Source: Chloroflexota bacterium (GTDB lineage: Bacteria > Chloroflexota > Dehalococcoidia > GIF9 > AB-539-J10). From it: a DNA stretch of 34,093 nucleotides. This document shows, one piece after another, positions 7,117 to 16,836 of this stretch (the first letter of the stretch is position 1; every line of letters starts with the position of its first letter). The notes beneath the pieces are model-generated. The model was not told where the DNA came from. It did no database searches and saw nothing but the letters and a program-made list of their open reading frames with translations. Location: positions 1-34,093 of the forward strand of contig JBMCVZ010000002.1 of the NCBI GenBank assembly GCA_048621695.1, given 5' to 3'. A program made the translations under genes and the position numbers.

Positions 7117-8670
7117 TTACACAGGGATATTTCCATGTTTCTTTGGTAGCCTTGTCTCATGTTTAGTAGAGAGAAGCTCCAAAGCCCTGATTATCTTGGG
7201 ACGACTCTCCTGCGGGGAGATAACTTCGTCAATGTAGCCCCGCGAGGCGGCAATGTAAGGATTATATAGTAGGTCACGATATTCCTGAATTCTTTCCTGC
7301 TCTTTTGCTTGAGGGTTCGGCGCAGCGTCTATTTCCTTGCGAAAGATAACTGGCGTCGCTCCTTCAGCACCCATCGCTGCTATCTCCGCTGTGGGCCAGG
7401 CAAAAACAAAATCGGCGCCTAAATCTTTACTACACATGGCAAGATATGAACCTCCGTAGTCTTTGCGAATGATCAAGGTAATCTTAGGAACCGTGGCCTC
7501 CGAGTAAGCCCACAAAAGCTTAGCTCCATGCCTTATTATTCCCAGCCACTCCTGTTCTTTCCCTGGCAAGTAACCAGGAACATCGGCAATGGTAAGCAAG
7601 GGAATATTGAAAGCATCACAGAACCTGATAAATCGCGTGATTTTGTCCGAGGCATTGACATCGAGACACCCAGCAAGATGGTTCGGCTGATTAGCAATAA
7701 CTCCCACTGTTTTACCATTAAGCCTAGCAAAGCAAATAATGGCGTTTTGGGCATAATAATAATGAGGCTCAAGTATTTCACCGTTATCGACAATGGATTG
7801 GATAACAACCCTCATATTATACGCCTTGCTGGACTCGTCCGGTATGATTATGTCAAGAGCATGGTCAACACGGTTCGGGTCATCCATAGTCTTAATCGAA
7901 GGAGGACCCTCCATATTATTTGAGGGAAGATAACTCAGAAGTTTCATAATGAGCTCGATAGCTTGGGCATCGCCATCACAGGCGAAATGGCACACACCAC
8001 TTTTGGTGGCATGAGTCATGGCACCGCCCAGCTCTTCGGAAGTTATTTCCTCCGCAGTGGCCTGTTTAATAACTGCCGGGCCGGTGATGTGCATGTGGCT
8101 TGTCTCCTTCGTCATGAACACCCAATCTGTCATGGCCGGTGAATAGACTGCCCCCCCGGCAGTAGGTCCCATAATTGCCGAAATCTGGGGAATAACCCCT
8201 GAGGCTGCGGAATTCCGGAAAAATATCTGCCCATAGCCCGACAGGGCATCAACGCCTTCCTGAATCCGAGCCCCTCCGGAGTCATTAAAGCCCACTATGG
8301 GAATACGGCATTTCACAGCCAAATCCATTACTTTACATATCTTCTTAGCATGCATCTCACCCAGGGTCCCTCCCATGGAGGTAAAGTCCTGAGAAAAAGC
8401 ACAGACAGGGCGACCATTTACCATGCCATATCCAGTAATAACACCTTCCGCGGGGACAATAGTTTTATCCATGCCAAAGAGCGTAGCTCGATGCTGAACA
8501 AACAAATCGAGCTCGTGGAAGCTGCCATGGTCAAAAAGCAAATCGAGCCTTTCACGAGCAGTTAATTTTCCCGATTTGTGCTGCTTCTCCACCCGCTCCG
8601 GGCCTCCCAAGGCTTTCATTTTTCTCTCTTTCTTCCTCAGTTCCTCTAAACGTTCAGCACCCGTACCCAT
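7117..8670 (-). CDS. Acyl-CoA carboxyltransferase, 12S / propionyl-CoA carboxylase beta type (methylmalonyl-CoA carboxyltransferase)
   Basis: 517 aa with KLTARERLDLLFD, DSGGARIQEG, MGPTAGGAVYSPA, and a duplicated crotonase-like carboxyltransferase layout. Confidence 0.9.
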   Translation of the reverse strand: MGTGAERLEELRKKERKMKALGGPERVEKQHKSGKLTARERLDLLFDHGSFHELDLFVQHRATLFGMDKTIVPAEGVITGYGMVNGRPVCAFSQDFTSMGGTLGEMHAKKICKVMDLAVKCRIPIVGFNDSGGARIQEGVDALSGYGQIFFRNSAASGVIPQISAIMGPTAGGAVYSPAMTDWVFMTKETSHMHITGPAVIKQATAEEITSEELGGAMTHATKSGVCHFACDGDAQAIELIMKLLSYLPSNNMEGPPSIKTMDDPNRVDHALDIIIPDESSKAYNMRVVIQSIVDNGEILEPHYYYAQNAIICFARLNGKTVGVIANQPNHLAGCLDVNASDKITRFIRFCDAFNIPLLTIADVPGYLPGKEQEWLGIIRHGAKLLWAYSEATVPKITLIIRKDYGGSYLAMCSKDLGADFVFAWPTAEIAAMGAEGATPVIFRKEIDAAPNPQAKEQERIQEYRDLLYNPYIAASRGYIDEVISPQESRPKIIRALELLSTKHETRLPKKHGNIPV

Positions 8671-8822
8671 ACTAATTTCTCCTCACGCATCAAATTCCCT
8701 ATGAAAAAGGGTATTTTAAACAGAATTCGCAAGCAAGGCAAATCCTTGAGCCTGAGAACCATTACTGGAGTTTGCTAATCTATATTACCTCTATTTAACA
8801 ACATTAAGCCCGGACTTAAAGC

Positions 8823-8850
8823 TTGACAGCCTGGCTTAGAATGGTATTAT
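8823..8850 (+). promoter_or_regulatory. Sigma70-like promoter candidate overlapping the annotated cmk start
   Basis: TTGACA (8823-8828), a 16-nt spacer, then TGgTATTAT (extended -10; hexamer 8845-8850). The hexamer overlaps ATG 8849. Confidence 0.3.
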
Positions 8851-9529
8851 GGAAGGAAATTTGAAACCACAACTAATTGCTATAGACGGTCCTGTGGCAG
8901 TCGGCAAGAGTAGTGTAGGCTCACTGCTAGCACGAAGATTGGGCTATGTTTTCTTCGATACAGGGATGATATACCGAGCATTTACCTGGAAGGTTCTAGA
9001 ATCAGGTATATCCATCGAGGACGAACAGAAGATTTGTCAGTTAGCCAATACCACCAAATTTGATTTTGTCGCTTTACAGGGATGCTATCTTTCGCCCTTC
9101 ATTGATGATGAAGATGTCTCCTCCAAATTGCTTCGCGCTGAGGTAGAGGCAAAGGTCTCCCTGATATCGAAGATAGCCCGGGTACGCCAAACACTGATAC
9201 AGGAACAGCGCAGGTTAGCCCAGCGTGGAAAGTTGGTGATGGCGGGCAGAGACATTGGTACGGTAGTCTTACCTTGGGCGGAATTAAAGATTTTTCTCAC
9301 CGCCTCCACTGAAGAGAGAGCAAGGCGCCGCTGTAAGGAACTATTAGAACGAGGAGAGAATTCGAGTCTAGAGATTGTCATTTCTGATTTGAAGAAACGA
9401 GATGAGATGGATATCAATAGAACCATATCTCCGCTTAGACCGGCTGAGGATGCAACAATTATCGATACAGAAAATTTTACCCTGGAGCAAGTTGTAGATA
9501 AAATATATGCTTTGGCGGTAAATTTATGA
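8849..9529 (+). CDS. cmk: Cytidylate kinase
   Basis: IAIDGPVAVGKSS P-loop followed by FDTGMIYRA, at typical cmk length. The true start may be the in-frame TTG at 8861. Confidence 0.9.
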   Translation: MEGNLKPQLIAIDGPVAVGKSSVGSLLARRLGYVFFDTGMIYRAFTWKVLESGISIEDEQKICQLANTTKFDFVALQGCYLSPFIDDEDVSSKLLRAEVEAKVSLISKIARVRQTLIQEQRRLAQRGKLVMAGRDIGTVVLPWAELKIFLTASTEERARRRCKELLERGENSSLEIVISDLKKRDEMDINRTISPLRPAEDATIIDTENFTLEQVVDKIYALAVNL

Positions 9530-10185
9530 CTATCCCTCAAAAGATTCTCTTTATTATATCCAGAATATGCAAACCCGTATTCCGTATTCTTTTCTCCTGG
9601 AAAGTTCAAGGAAAAGAAAACATACCCTTAAATGGCCCACTTATTTTAATAACCAACCATGTCAATCTCTTCGATCCGTTTTTTCTTATTTTTAGTTTTC
9701 CGCGATCCATTAATTTCATGGCAAAAGAGGAACTCTTTCACTCGCCTTTTTCGAGACCCTGGCTTCTCTGGGCTGGTACCATCCCAATACAACGTAGGGG
9801 GAAGGTTAGTGATAAACAGAAGATGCTTAGGAGCGCCAGGGATGTATTAGAAAAGGGATTAATTCTGGGAATGTTCCCGGAGGGTGGCAGAAGTCGCGAC
9901 GGCAGACTCAAAAAAGGTAAGCCGGGCTCCGCAGTTATAGCCTCAAAAACAAATGTCGCCATTCTTCCTATCGGCATCGCCGGCACGGATAAGATTAAGG
10001 GCATAAGCTGGCTGTGGAAGCGCCCCCATATAGTTATTAACATTGGGAAGCCGTTCAAACTACCTCCAAACGACAGCAAGATGAGCAAATCACAAATGCA
10101 ATTATTGACCACACTACTAATGAAGGAAATCGCTGCTCTTTTGCCACGCGAATATCAAGGCGACTATGAGAAACATGGAGATTGA
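9526..10185 (+). CDS. plsC: 1-acyl-sn-glycerol-3-phosphate acyltransferase family protein
   Basis: Carries the NHVNLFD (HX4D) and FPEGGRS acyltransferase motifs. Overlaps the cmk stop by 4 nt. Confidence 0.8.
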   Translation: MTIPQKILFIISRICKPVFRILFSWKVQGKENIPLNGPLILITNHVNLFDPFFLIFSFPRSINFMAKEELFHSPFSRPWLLWAGTIPIQRRGKVSDKQKMLRSARDVLEKGLILGMFPEGGRSRDGRLKKGKPGSAVIASKTNVAILPIGIAGTDKIKGISWLWKRPHIVINIGKPFKLPPNDSKMSKSQMQLLTTLLMKEIAALLPREYQGDYEKHGD

Positions 10186-11017
10186 GAAGGCTGACAAGCT
10201 GGGCTTATGCTTCGGCGTCAAACGGGCCATCAACATGTTGAAGGAGGTAGCTAACAAATATGGAGAAATAGAAACGCTAGGACCACTAGCACACAATCGA
10301 CTATTAGTGGAAACGTTGACCAATCTAGGAATAAAGCCAATAAATCATCTCGACCAGGCCCAGGGAAGAAGCCTAGCTATCACCACTCATGGTGCAAGCC
10401 CAGCGGTGATATCTGAGGTCGAAGCCCGGCACATACACGTCATTGATACCACCTGTCCCATAGTCCGCAAAGCCCAAGACACGGCTAAGGAATTAGCTGA
10501 GGCTGGTTTTGAAGTCATCATATTTGGTGAGGCAGAGCACTCTGAGGTCAAAGGCCTACTAGGTTGGACAGGAGGCAAAGGTATAGCTGCCCTCAACGTG
10601 AAACAAATAGACAAGAGCAGAAAATCGCCATCACGCCTGGGCATTATCTCCCAGACAACCCAAACCCAACTTGCTTTTTCCGAATTCACCAGGCAGCTTA
10701 TGAGTATGATTGGGCCTAAGATTGAGGAAATTCACCTCGTTAATACTTTATGCAAAGTAACGCAGGGTCAGCAAGAAGCTGCTATAAGGTTAGCTCGCAG
10801 GAGTCAACTTATGATAGTGATAGGCGGAAGTAATAGTGCCAATGCCAGACACCTTGTTGAAATATGTTCTCCCTTGGTGGAAACTCATTTGGTAGAAACA
10901 GTAGAGGAAGTCGACAATTCCTGGTTCGCAGGTAAGCACCATATTGGTATCACGGCTGGAGCATCCACCCCGGATGAAGCTGTGGAAGAATTAATAGCCA
11001 AGCTGAGTTCTTTATAA
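10166..11017 (+). CDS. ispH: 4-hydroxy-3-methylbut-2-enyl diphosphate reductase
   Basis: Contains LCFGVKRA, DTTCPIV, ISQTTQ and GGSNSANARHL, including the three Cys-bearing segments of IspH/LytB. The start may be M4 at 10175. Confidence 0.9.
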   Translation: MRNMEIEKADKLGLCFGVKRAINMLKEVANKYGEIETLGPLAHNRLLVETLTNLGIKPINHLDQAQGRSLAITTHGASPAVISEVEARHIHVIDTTCPIVRKAQDTAKELAEAGFEVIIFGEAEHSEVKGLLGWTGGKGIAALNVKQIDKSRKSPSRLGIISQTTQTQLAFSEFTRQLMSMIGPKIEEIHLVNTLCKVTQGQQEAAIRLARRSQLMIVIGGSNSANARHLVEICSPLVETHLVETVEEVDNSWFAGKHHIGITAGASTPDEAVEELIAKLSSL

Positions 11018-11020
11018 TCT

Positions 11021-11368
11021 TCAGCCAAGCCTGCCGGCCAGCCTCCTGCCACCAATAAGGTGAAGATGAAGGTGAGGCACTGCTTGTCCCCCATCGGGAC
11101 CACAGTTAATTACTAGGCGATAGCCCCTCTTGTCTATCCCCTCTTTCTCAGCCAGATTTCTAGCTATTATGATAAGGCGGCCGGCCAGCTCTTGCTGTTC
11201 CTCAGTAAGTTCAGCTGAAGATGTGATATGAATTTTAGGTATAATGAGCAAGTGTGTAGGTGCTTGCGGCGATATATCTCTAAAGGCCAGAAAATCCTCA
11301 TCTTGATAGACTATGTCACCAGGTACTTCGCCAGTAACGATTCGACAGAAAATACATTCCTCTGCCAT
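11021..11368 (-). CDS. HIT-family (histidine triad) nucleotide hydrolase
   Basis: 115 aa with CIFCRI near the N-terminus and the HLHLHLIGG histidine triad. Confidence 0.85.
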   Translation of the reverse strand: MAEECIFCRIVTGEVPGDIVYQDEDFLAFRDISPQAPTHLLIIPKIHITSSAELTEEQQELAGRLIIIARNLAEKEGIDKRGYRLVINCGPDGGQAVPHLHLHLIGGRRLAGRLG

Positions 11369-11554
11369 AATTTAATTTCTTTAACATATTACACCTTCCT
11401 GTAGCAAATTCTCAATCTCGTCCTGCTCCTAGCCTGGTTTTGTAATATTCCATTGGTGCAATCTCCGGGAAGCAGAAACAATATTTTCATACCTCCGGAG
11501 CTAATATATTTTTTGCCCAATCAATCGCCCATCGTGACCTGTTTAATCAAACTT

Positions 11555-11583
11555 TTGCATTTTCCATCCAAATATGCTAGATT
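11555..11583 (+). promoter_or_regulatory. Promoter candidate for nusA
   Basis: TTGCAT (11555-11560), a 17-nt spacer, then TGcTAGATT (extended -10; hexamer 11578-11583). Confidence 0.35.
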
Positions 11584-11603
11584 TGAACAAAAGAATAAAG
11601 ATT

Positions 11604-11631
11604 AAAGGTGGGGGATACCCACCTTTTTATT
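11604..11631 (+). terminator. Intrinsic-terminator-like hairpin in the nusA leader (possible attenuator)
   Basis: AAAGGTGGG-ggata-CCCACCTTT gives a 9-bp stem, followed by TTATT. It ends about 35 nt before the nusA ATG. No plus-strand gene lies upstream for it to terminate. Confidence 0.5.
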
Positions 11632-11661
11632 AAATAGAGGAAATTAAGTAGGAAAGAAAAG

Positions 11662-13017
11662 ATGAAAACAGAGCTTAAGGCTGCGATTACTCAGCTTTCG
11701 GCCGAGAGAAACTTGCCTAAAGAAGTGGTCTTGGCTGCCCTGGAATCAGCGCTGGCTTCCGCATACAAAAAAGAGGCATCCGCACTGGAACAAGATGTTT
11801 TGGTAAAAGTCGACCCTAACGCTGGCGAAATCAATTTTTATATCCAAAAGGTTATAGTTGAGTCAGTTACTAATCCAAATCGTGAGATCTCCATTGACGA
11901 AGCTAAAGAATTACAATCTACAGCACAAATTGGTGATGTAGTAAGCATGGAATTCACACCCAAAAATATTGGTCGTATCGCTGCTCAAGCAGCGAAACAA
12001 GTTGTTCTGCAGCGATTGAGAGAAGCAGAACACCGCATTATGTATGAGGAGTTCACGGACAAGGAAGGAAAGGTTGTTACTGGCGCAATTCAATTTATCG
12101 AACCTAAACGAATTTATGTCAGACTGAATAGGACAGAGGCAATATTTCCTCTTAACGAGCAGGTTCCCAATGAACATTATTATAGAGGGGAACGACTTAA
12201 ATTTTATCTTCTTGAGATAATCCAGGGGAGCAAAGAGCATCAAATAATAGTTACGCGCTCTCATCCTAACCTGGTACGTGGCCTCTTTGAGCTAGAAATC
12301 CCTGAAATTCACAATGGTATTGTGGAGTTAAAAGCTATAGCTCGTGAGGCTGGACATCGAAGCAAAGTGGCGGTGGCAACTACTCAAGAAAACGTTGACC
12401 CTGTAGGCTGTTGTCTCGGTCCTCGGGGCATAAGACTTCAAAGCATCATCAATGCATTAAATGGCGAAAAAATAGATGTAATCCAATGGCACGCCGACCC
12501 TGCGGTGTATATCGCTAACGCTCTCAGCCCCTCTCAAGTAGCAAGCATCAAAATCGATGAGGAAAGAAACGCAGCTACTGTGGTTGTTCCTGATAAGCAA
12601 CTCTCTTTAGCCATAGGCAAAGAGGGTCAGAATGCCAGGCTAGCAGCGAAACTCACAGGTTGGCGGATCGATATTAAGAGTGTCTCTGCTATCGAGGCAG
12701 AAAGGCCGGTAACACAAGAACCAGAAGCAGTGGCGAAGGCTATTCCTACTGAAATTATGGAACAGGAACCACTTGAAGAAGAGCTAACTGAGGAAACTGA
12801 AGTCGAAAAACCAGTTGAATTTCCAAGCACTTCAGAGGCTCCACCTGAGAAGCCGGAAGAAAAACATATTCGTTTTGCTGAAGATATCCTGGTGGGGGTG
12901 TCAAAAGCAGAAATGCCAGACAAGGCAAAAAACGGAGTTAAAGGTAAAAAGAAGAGAAAGGTGATAAAGCATAGGAATCAAGATGACGAATTTGTAGATG
13001 ATGAGAGCGAAGAGTAA
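11662..13017 (+). CDS. nusA: Transcription termination/antitermination factor NusA
   Basis: 451 aa with N-terminal, S1 and two KH segments (GPRGIRLQSI; AIGKEGQNARLAAKLTGWRIDI). Ends in a long acidic/basic tail. Confidence 0.95.
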   Translation: MKTELKAAITQLSAERNLPKEVVLAALESALASAYKKEASALEQDVLVKVDPNAGEINFYIQKVIVESVTNPNREISIDEAKELQSTAQIGDVVSMEFTPKNIGRIAAQAAKQVVLQRLREAEHRIMYEEFTDKEGKVVTGAIQFIEPKRIYVRLNRTEAIFPLNEQVPNEHYYRGERLKFYLLEIIQGSKEHQIIVTRSHPNLVRGLFELEIPEIHNGIVELKAIAREAGHRSKVAVATTQENVDPVGCCLGPRGIRLQSIINALNGEKIDVIQWHADPAVYIANALSPSQVASIKIDEERNAATVVVPDKQLSLAIGKEGQNARLAAKLTGWRIDIKSVSAIEAERPVTQEPEAVAKAIPTEIMEQEPLEEELTEETEVEKPVEFPSTSEAPPEKPEEKHIRFAEDILVGVSKAEMPDKAKNGVKGKKKRKVIKHRNQDDEFVDDESEE

Positions 13018-13285
13018 GCATCTACCTCAGCGTACTTGTATATCTTGTCAACAGATTAAGGAAAAGAAAGCATTGATTCGCTTGGTGCGTGCTGAGAACG
13101 GAGTTATTGAAGTGGATATATCTGGAAAGAAGCCGGGCAGGGGTGCTTACTTATGCCATAATATAGTTTGTTGGGAATCGGCACTGAAGAAAAATCGTTT
13201 AGAATATGCCCTGCGAACAAAGCTTAGTAATGATAATCGTCAAATTCTAACTGAACATATCCATAACTTATTGGAGGAAAGCTAA
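12998..13285 (+). CDS. ylxR: YlxR/RnpM-family (DUF448) RNA-binding protein
   Basis: Contains RTCISCQQ...LIRLV...GRGAYLC. Sits in the conserved position between nusA and infB. Confidence 0.8.
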   Translation: MMRAKSKHLPQRTCISCQQIKEKKALIRLVRAENGVIEVDISGKKPGRGAYLCHNIVCWESALKKNRLEYALRTKLSNDNRQILTEHIHNLLEES

Positions 13286-13287
13286 AT

Positions 13288-15039
13288 TTGGATGATAAGA
13301 AATCGGGATTGAAGGAAGAACTCCCCAAAATTGAGCTGCCGCCTTCCATAACTGTGAAGCAGCTAGCCGACGTATTAGAGGTAGAGCCTGTAAAAATAAT
13401 TAAACAGCTAATGCGCAAAGGCATCATGGCTAATATTAACCAGCCCCTTGATTTTGATACTGCGAGCATAATAGTTACAGACTTTGGCTATGATGCTAAA
13501 GCAGCAAAAGAGCCTAAAGCTTTGCCCTCCCGAAAAGGAAAGGGGAAAGGGAAACTGTCAATTCGCCCTCCAGTGGTTACAGTTATGGGACATGTTGACC
13601 ATGGCAAAACTACCCTCCTTGATGTCATCAGAAAGACCAATGTGACTGCGCAAGAGGCAGGAGAAATTACTCAACATATTGGCGCCTACCAGGCTTTAGT
13701 GGATGGACGCAAAATTACCTTTTTGGATACACCGGGACACGAGGCATTCACTGCCATGAGGTCCCGAGGAGCACAAGCAACTGATATTGTAATTCTGGTG
13801 GTTGCTGCTGATGACGGTGTTATGCCCCAGACTGTGGAAGCTGTAGACCACGCCAAGGCTGCCAAGGTGCCCATAGTAGTAGCCGTAAACAAGATTGATA
13901 AGCCTGATGCTAATCCTGAACGTGTAAAACAGCAGCTTACTGATATGGGTTTGGTTGTTGAGGAATGGGGTGGGGATACTGTTTGCGTACCCATATCAGC
14001 TAAACAAGCGCAAGGAATATCGGATTTATTGGAAAACGTATTCTTGGTTGCTGACATATTAGAACTAAAAGCTAATCCTGATAGCGCTGCAGAGGGGGTC
14101 ATCATTGAGGCTAAGTTGGACAAAACTAAAGGTCCATTAGCTACCTTTCTTGTACAAAAGGGTACCCTTAGATTAGGTGATGTTGTGGTAGCTGGAGGCA
14201 CTTGGGGTAAAATAAAAGCCATGTTTGATGATAAAGGGAAGCAAGTTCACAAAGGGGAACCGTCCACTCCAGTGGAAGTCCTCGGCTTGAATGAGGTGGC
14301 AAAATCAGGAGACCTCTTTATGGTGCTTCCCGATGAGCATGAAGCACGGAGCATTGTTGAAAAACAAAAATCTCCTAGACCACATCCCACCCTAAGCTTA
14401 AGTGCTCTGTCCAGCCAAATAAGCGAGGGGCAAATAAAAGAACTCAACATAGTTTTGAAAACAGATGTCGACGGCAGCATTGAACCTGTAAAAACTTCTA
14501 TAGAAAGATTGGGCACAGAGAAGGCAAAAGCGAGGGTCATCCATGCTGCTAGCGGGAGCATCACCGAGAGCGATGTGCTTCTAGCCTCGGCCTCAAAAGG
14601 CATTATAATCGGTTTCAATACTCCCACCTCACCTGGAGCAACACAGCTAGCGAATGCGGAAGCGGTGGCTATCCAACGCTACGATGTAATTTACAAGCTG
14701 ATAGAAGACGTGGACAGGACACTGAAGGGAATGCTTGAGCCGACTTACACTGAGGTACTAAGTGGGCGTGCTGAAGTAAGAGCTGTCTTCCCCAGTGGTA
14801 AACTGGGGAAAATAGCCGGAGTTTATGTTATGGAAGGAAAGATATCGAGGGATGCCCAGGTCAAAATATTGCGCCAGAATAAAGTTATTGGTGAATCTCG
14901 GATCCCCAGCTTAAAGCGTTTTAAGGATGACGTCGCTGAAGTCTCCACTGGCCTTGAATGTGGCTTAGGGATAGAGGGGGCTGTCGATTTTCAAATCGGC
15001 GATATAATTGAATTTTATCGGAAGGAAAGAACAGGTTAA
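13288..15039 (+). CDS. infB: Translation initiation factor IF-2 (short N-terminal form)
   Basis: G-domain motifs VMGHVDHGKTTLLD, DTPGHEAF and NKIDK. TTG start. Confidence 0.95.
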   Translation: MDDKKSGLKEELPKIELPPSITVKQLADVLEVEPVKIIKQLMRKGIMANINQPLDFDTASIIVTDFGYDAKAAKEPKALPSRKGKGKGKLSIRPPVVTVMGHVDHGKTTLLDVIRKTNVTAQEAGEITQHIGAYQALVDGRKITFLDTPGHEAFTAMRSRGAQATDIVILVVAADDGVMPQTVEAVDHAKAAKVPIVVAVNKIDKPDANPERVKQQLTDMGLVVEEWGGDTVCVPISAKQAQGISDLLENVFLVADILELKANPDSAAEGVIIEAKLDKTKGPLATFLVQKGTLRLGDVVVAGGTWGKIKAMFDDKGKQVHKGEPSTPVEVLGLNEVAKSGDLFMVLPDEHEARSIVEKQKSPRPHPTLSLSALSSQISEGQIKELNIVLKTDVDGSIEPVKTSIERLGTEKAKARVIHAASGSITESDVLLASASKGIIIGFNTPTSPGATQLANAEAVAIQRYDVIYKLIEDVDRTLKGMLEPTYTEVLSGRAEVRAVFPSGKLGKIAGVYVMEGKISRDAQVKILRQNKVIGESRIPSLKRFKDDVAEVSTGLECGLGIEGAVDFQIGDIIEFYRKERTG

Positions 15040-15065
15040 TTATACTTCCCAGATAGGAGATTCAA

Positions 15066-15416
15066 ATGAGCAGGCGAAGTGAACGAACAGGCAAAATGAT
15101 TCAACGTGAAATCAGCGGACTACTTGAGCGTCAGGTTAACGACCCCAGACTGAGCAAGCTTATCTCGGTAACCGAAGTCACGCTTTCACCCGATCTTAAG
15201 TATGCCAAGATATTTGTTAGTACCTTGGGCAGCGAAATGAATAACAAAGAAGAGATGCTGGCAGGCTTTAACAACGCTTCAGGCTTCTTGCGCAAGGAAC
15301 TTGCGTCGCACCTAAAATTAAAATATACCCCCCAGCTTAGCTTTCATTATGATGATTCCATTGAGCGAGGAGCAAGGTTACTTAAACTGATGGGGGAACT
15401 AACTAGCACTGAATAG
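15066..15416 (+). CDS. rbfA: Ribosome-binding factor A
   Basis: 116 aa with ISVTEVTLSPDLKYAKIFVS. Conserved position after infB. Confidence 0.85.
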   Translation: MSRRSERTGKMIQREISGLLERQVNDPRLSKLISVTEVTLSPDLKYAKIFVSTLGSEMNNKEEMLAGFNNASGFLRKELASHLKLKYTPQLSFHYDDSIERGARLLKLMGELTSTE

Positions 15417-15451
15417 CTCTATTCAATGTGGCCGAGGTCGCTTTGAAGGTA

Positions 15452-15481
15452 TTGACATTAGTATCTATAAATATGTATAAA
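15452..15481 (+). promoter_or_regulatory. Promoter candidate upstream of ino1
   Basis: TTGACA (15452-15457), then a 17-18-nt spacer and GTATAA/TATAAA (15475-15481). This implies a leader of about 225 nt before ATG 15712. Confidence 0.35.
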
Positions 15482-15711
15482 TTGGCATAAAAAATGCCTG
15501 AATATGTTCTAATCTTAAAGTCCGGGTAGTTATTAATGCAAACATATTGTTTCAAGTGCCGAACAAAGATAAGAACTGCCCAGCGCATAACCCTTCAAAC
15601 GGGAAACCAGCAATTCAGGGAACCTACCCTGTGCACAGAACCAATGTATATAGAATCGGTAAGGCCTAATTCCAATAGCAAATTTCCCACATTTATGAAA
15701 CGGAGGCGACA

Positions 15712-16836
15712 ATGGGAACAATAAATGTAGCCATTATAGGTGTTGGTAATTGTGCATCTTCTTTGGTGCAAGGAGTTCACTACTACAAAGATGCTAAGGA
15801 AGATGAGTTTGTCCCTGGTCTAATGCATGTCAATCTGGGAGGCTACCATATATCTGATATCAATTTCGTGGCTGCATTTGACATTGATAAAAACAAGGTA
15901 GGCAAAGATTTAGCTCAGGCTATTTTCACCAAACCAAACAACACATTTAAATTTTGTGATGTGCCTAAGACGGGAATCCGAGTCGAGCGAGGTATGACGC
16001 ATGATGGATTGGGCAAGTATCTATCTCAAATTATCACCAAGGCACCAGGTCCGACCGCCAATATTGTGGATATACTCAAGAAGACCGGAACTGACGTGGT
16101 GATCAATTATCTGCCTGTAGGAAGCGAGGAGGCAACTAAGTGGTATGTAGAACAAGTGCTAACTGCTGGCTGCGGCTTCATCAATTGTATACCTGTTTTT
16201 ACTGCACGTGAGCCTTATTGGCAAAGTCGCTTTGCCGAGCATAGACTTCCCCTTATTGGCGATGACATTAAATCCCAGGTTGGCGCTACCATCACTCATC
16301 GAATGTTGACCAGACTTTTCCGCGACCGCGGTGTCAAGCTGGAACGAACTTACCAACTGAACTTTGGCGGCAATACCGATTTCTATAATATGCTAGAACG
16401 AGAGCGCTTAGAATCTAAGAAAATTTCCAAGACCAATGCCGTTACTTCACAGTTAGACTATGTTCTTGATCCTGATAACATCTACGTTGGCCCCAGTGAC
16501 TATGTACCATGGCTAGCTGACCGCAAATTTTGCTACCTGAAGATGGAAGGTCGCACCTTCGGTGATGTACCTCTGAATATAGAGTTGAAGATGGAGGTAT
16601 GGGATAGTCCTAATTCAGCCGGGGTAGTAATTGATGCCATAAGATGCTGCAAACTGGCCCTGGACCGAGGCTTAAGCGGAACCATAGTGGGACCTTCAGC
16701 TTATTTTATGAAATCTCCACCAATTCAATATTCTGACGAGGAAGCTCGTGTAAAAACCGAGGCGTTTATTGCAGGACAAGAGCAAGAGGGCCCTATATCT
16801 CTGCCCGAGCTAGAGCCAGTTGAAATTGAGGGATAA
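15712..16836 (+). CDS. ino1: myo-inositol-1-phosphate (inositol-3-phosphate) synthase
   Basis: 374 aa with [18 protein letters not shown] at the N-terminus and [12 protein letters not shown]. Length and layout match the short bacterial/archaeal MIPS type. Confidence 0.85.
   Translation: MGTINVAIIGVGNCASSLVQGVHYYKDAKEDEFVPGLMHVNLGGYHISDINFVAAFDIDKNKVGKDLAQAIFTKPNNTFKFCDVPKTGIRVERGMTHDGLGKYLSQIITKAPGPTANIVDILKKTGTDVVINYLPVGSEEATKWYVEQVLTAGCGFINCIPVFTAREPYWQSRFAEHRLPLIGDDIKSQVGATITHRMLTRLFRDRGVKLERTYQLNFGGNTDFYNMLERERLESKKISKTNAVTSQLDYVLDPDNIYVGPSDYVPWLADRKFCYLKMEGRTFGDVPLNIELKMEVWDSPNSAGVVIDAIRCCKLALDRGLSGTIVGPSAYFMKSPPIQYSDEEARVKTEAFIAGQEQEGPISLPELEPVEIEG

Noticed and set aside
15536-15724. 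The 62-aa ORF in the ino1 leader containing CFKC, a possible zinc-ribbon micro-protein.
   Set aside because: It has only one CxxC pair, no RBS and a basic low-complexity composition, and it overlaps the ino1 start. Support is insufficient.
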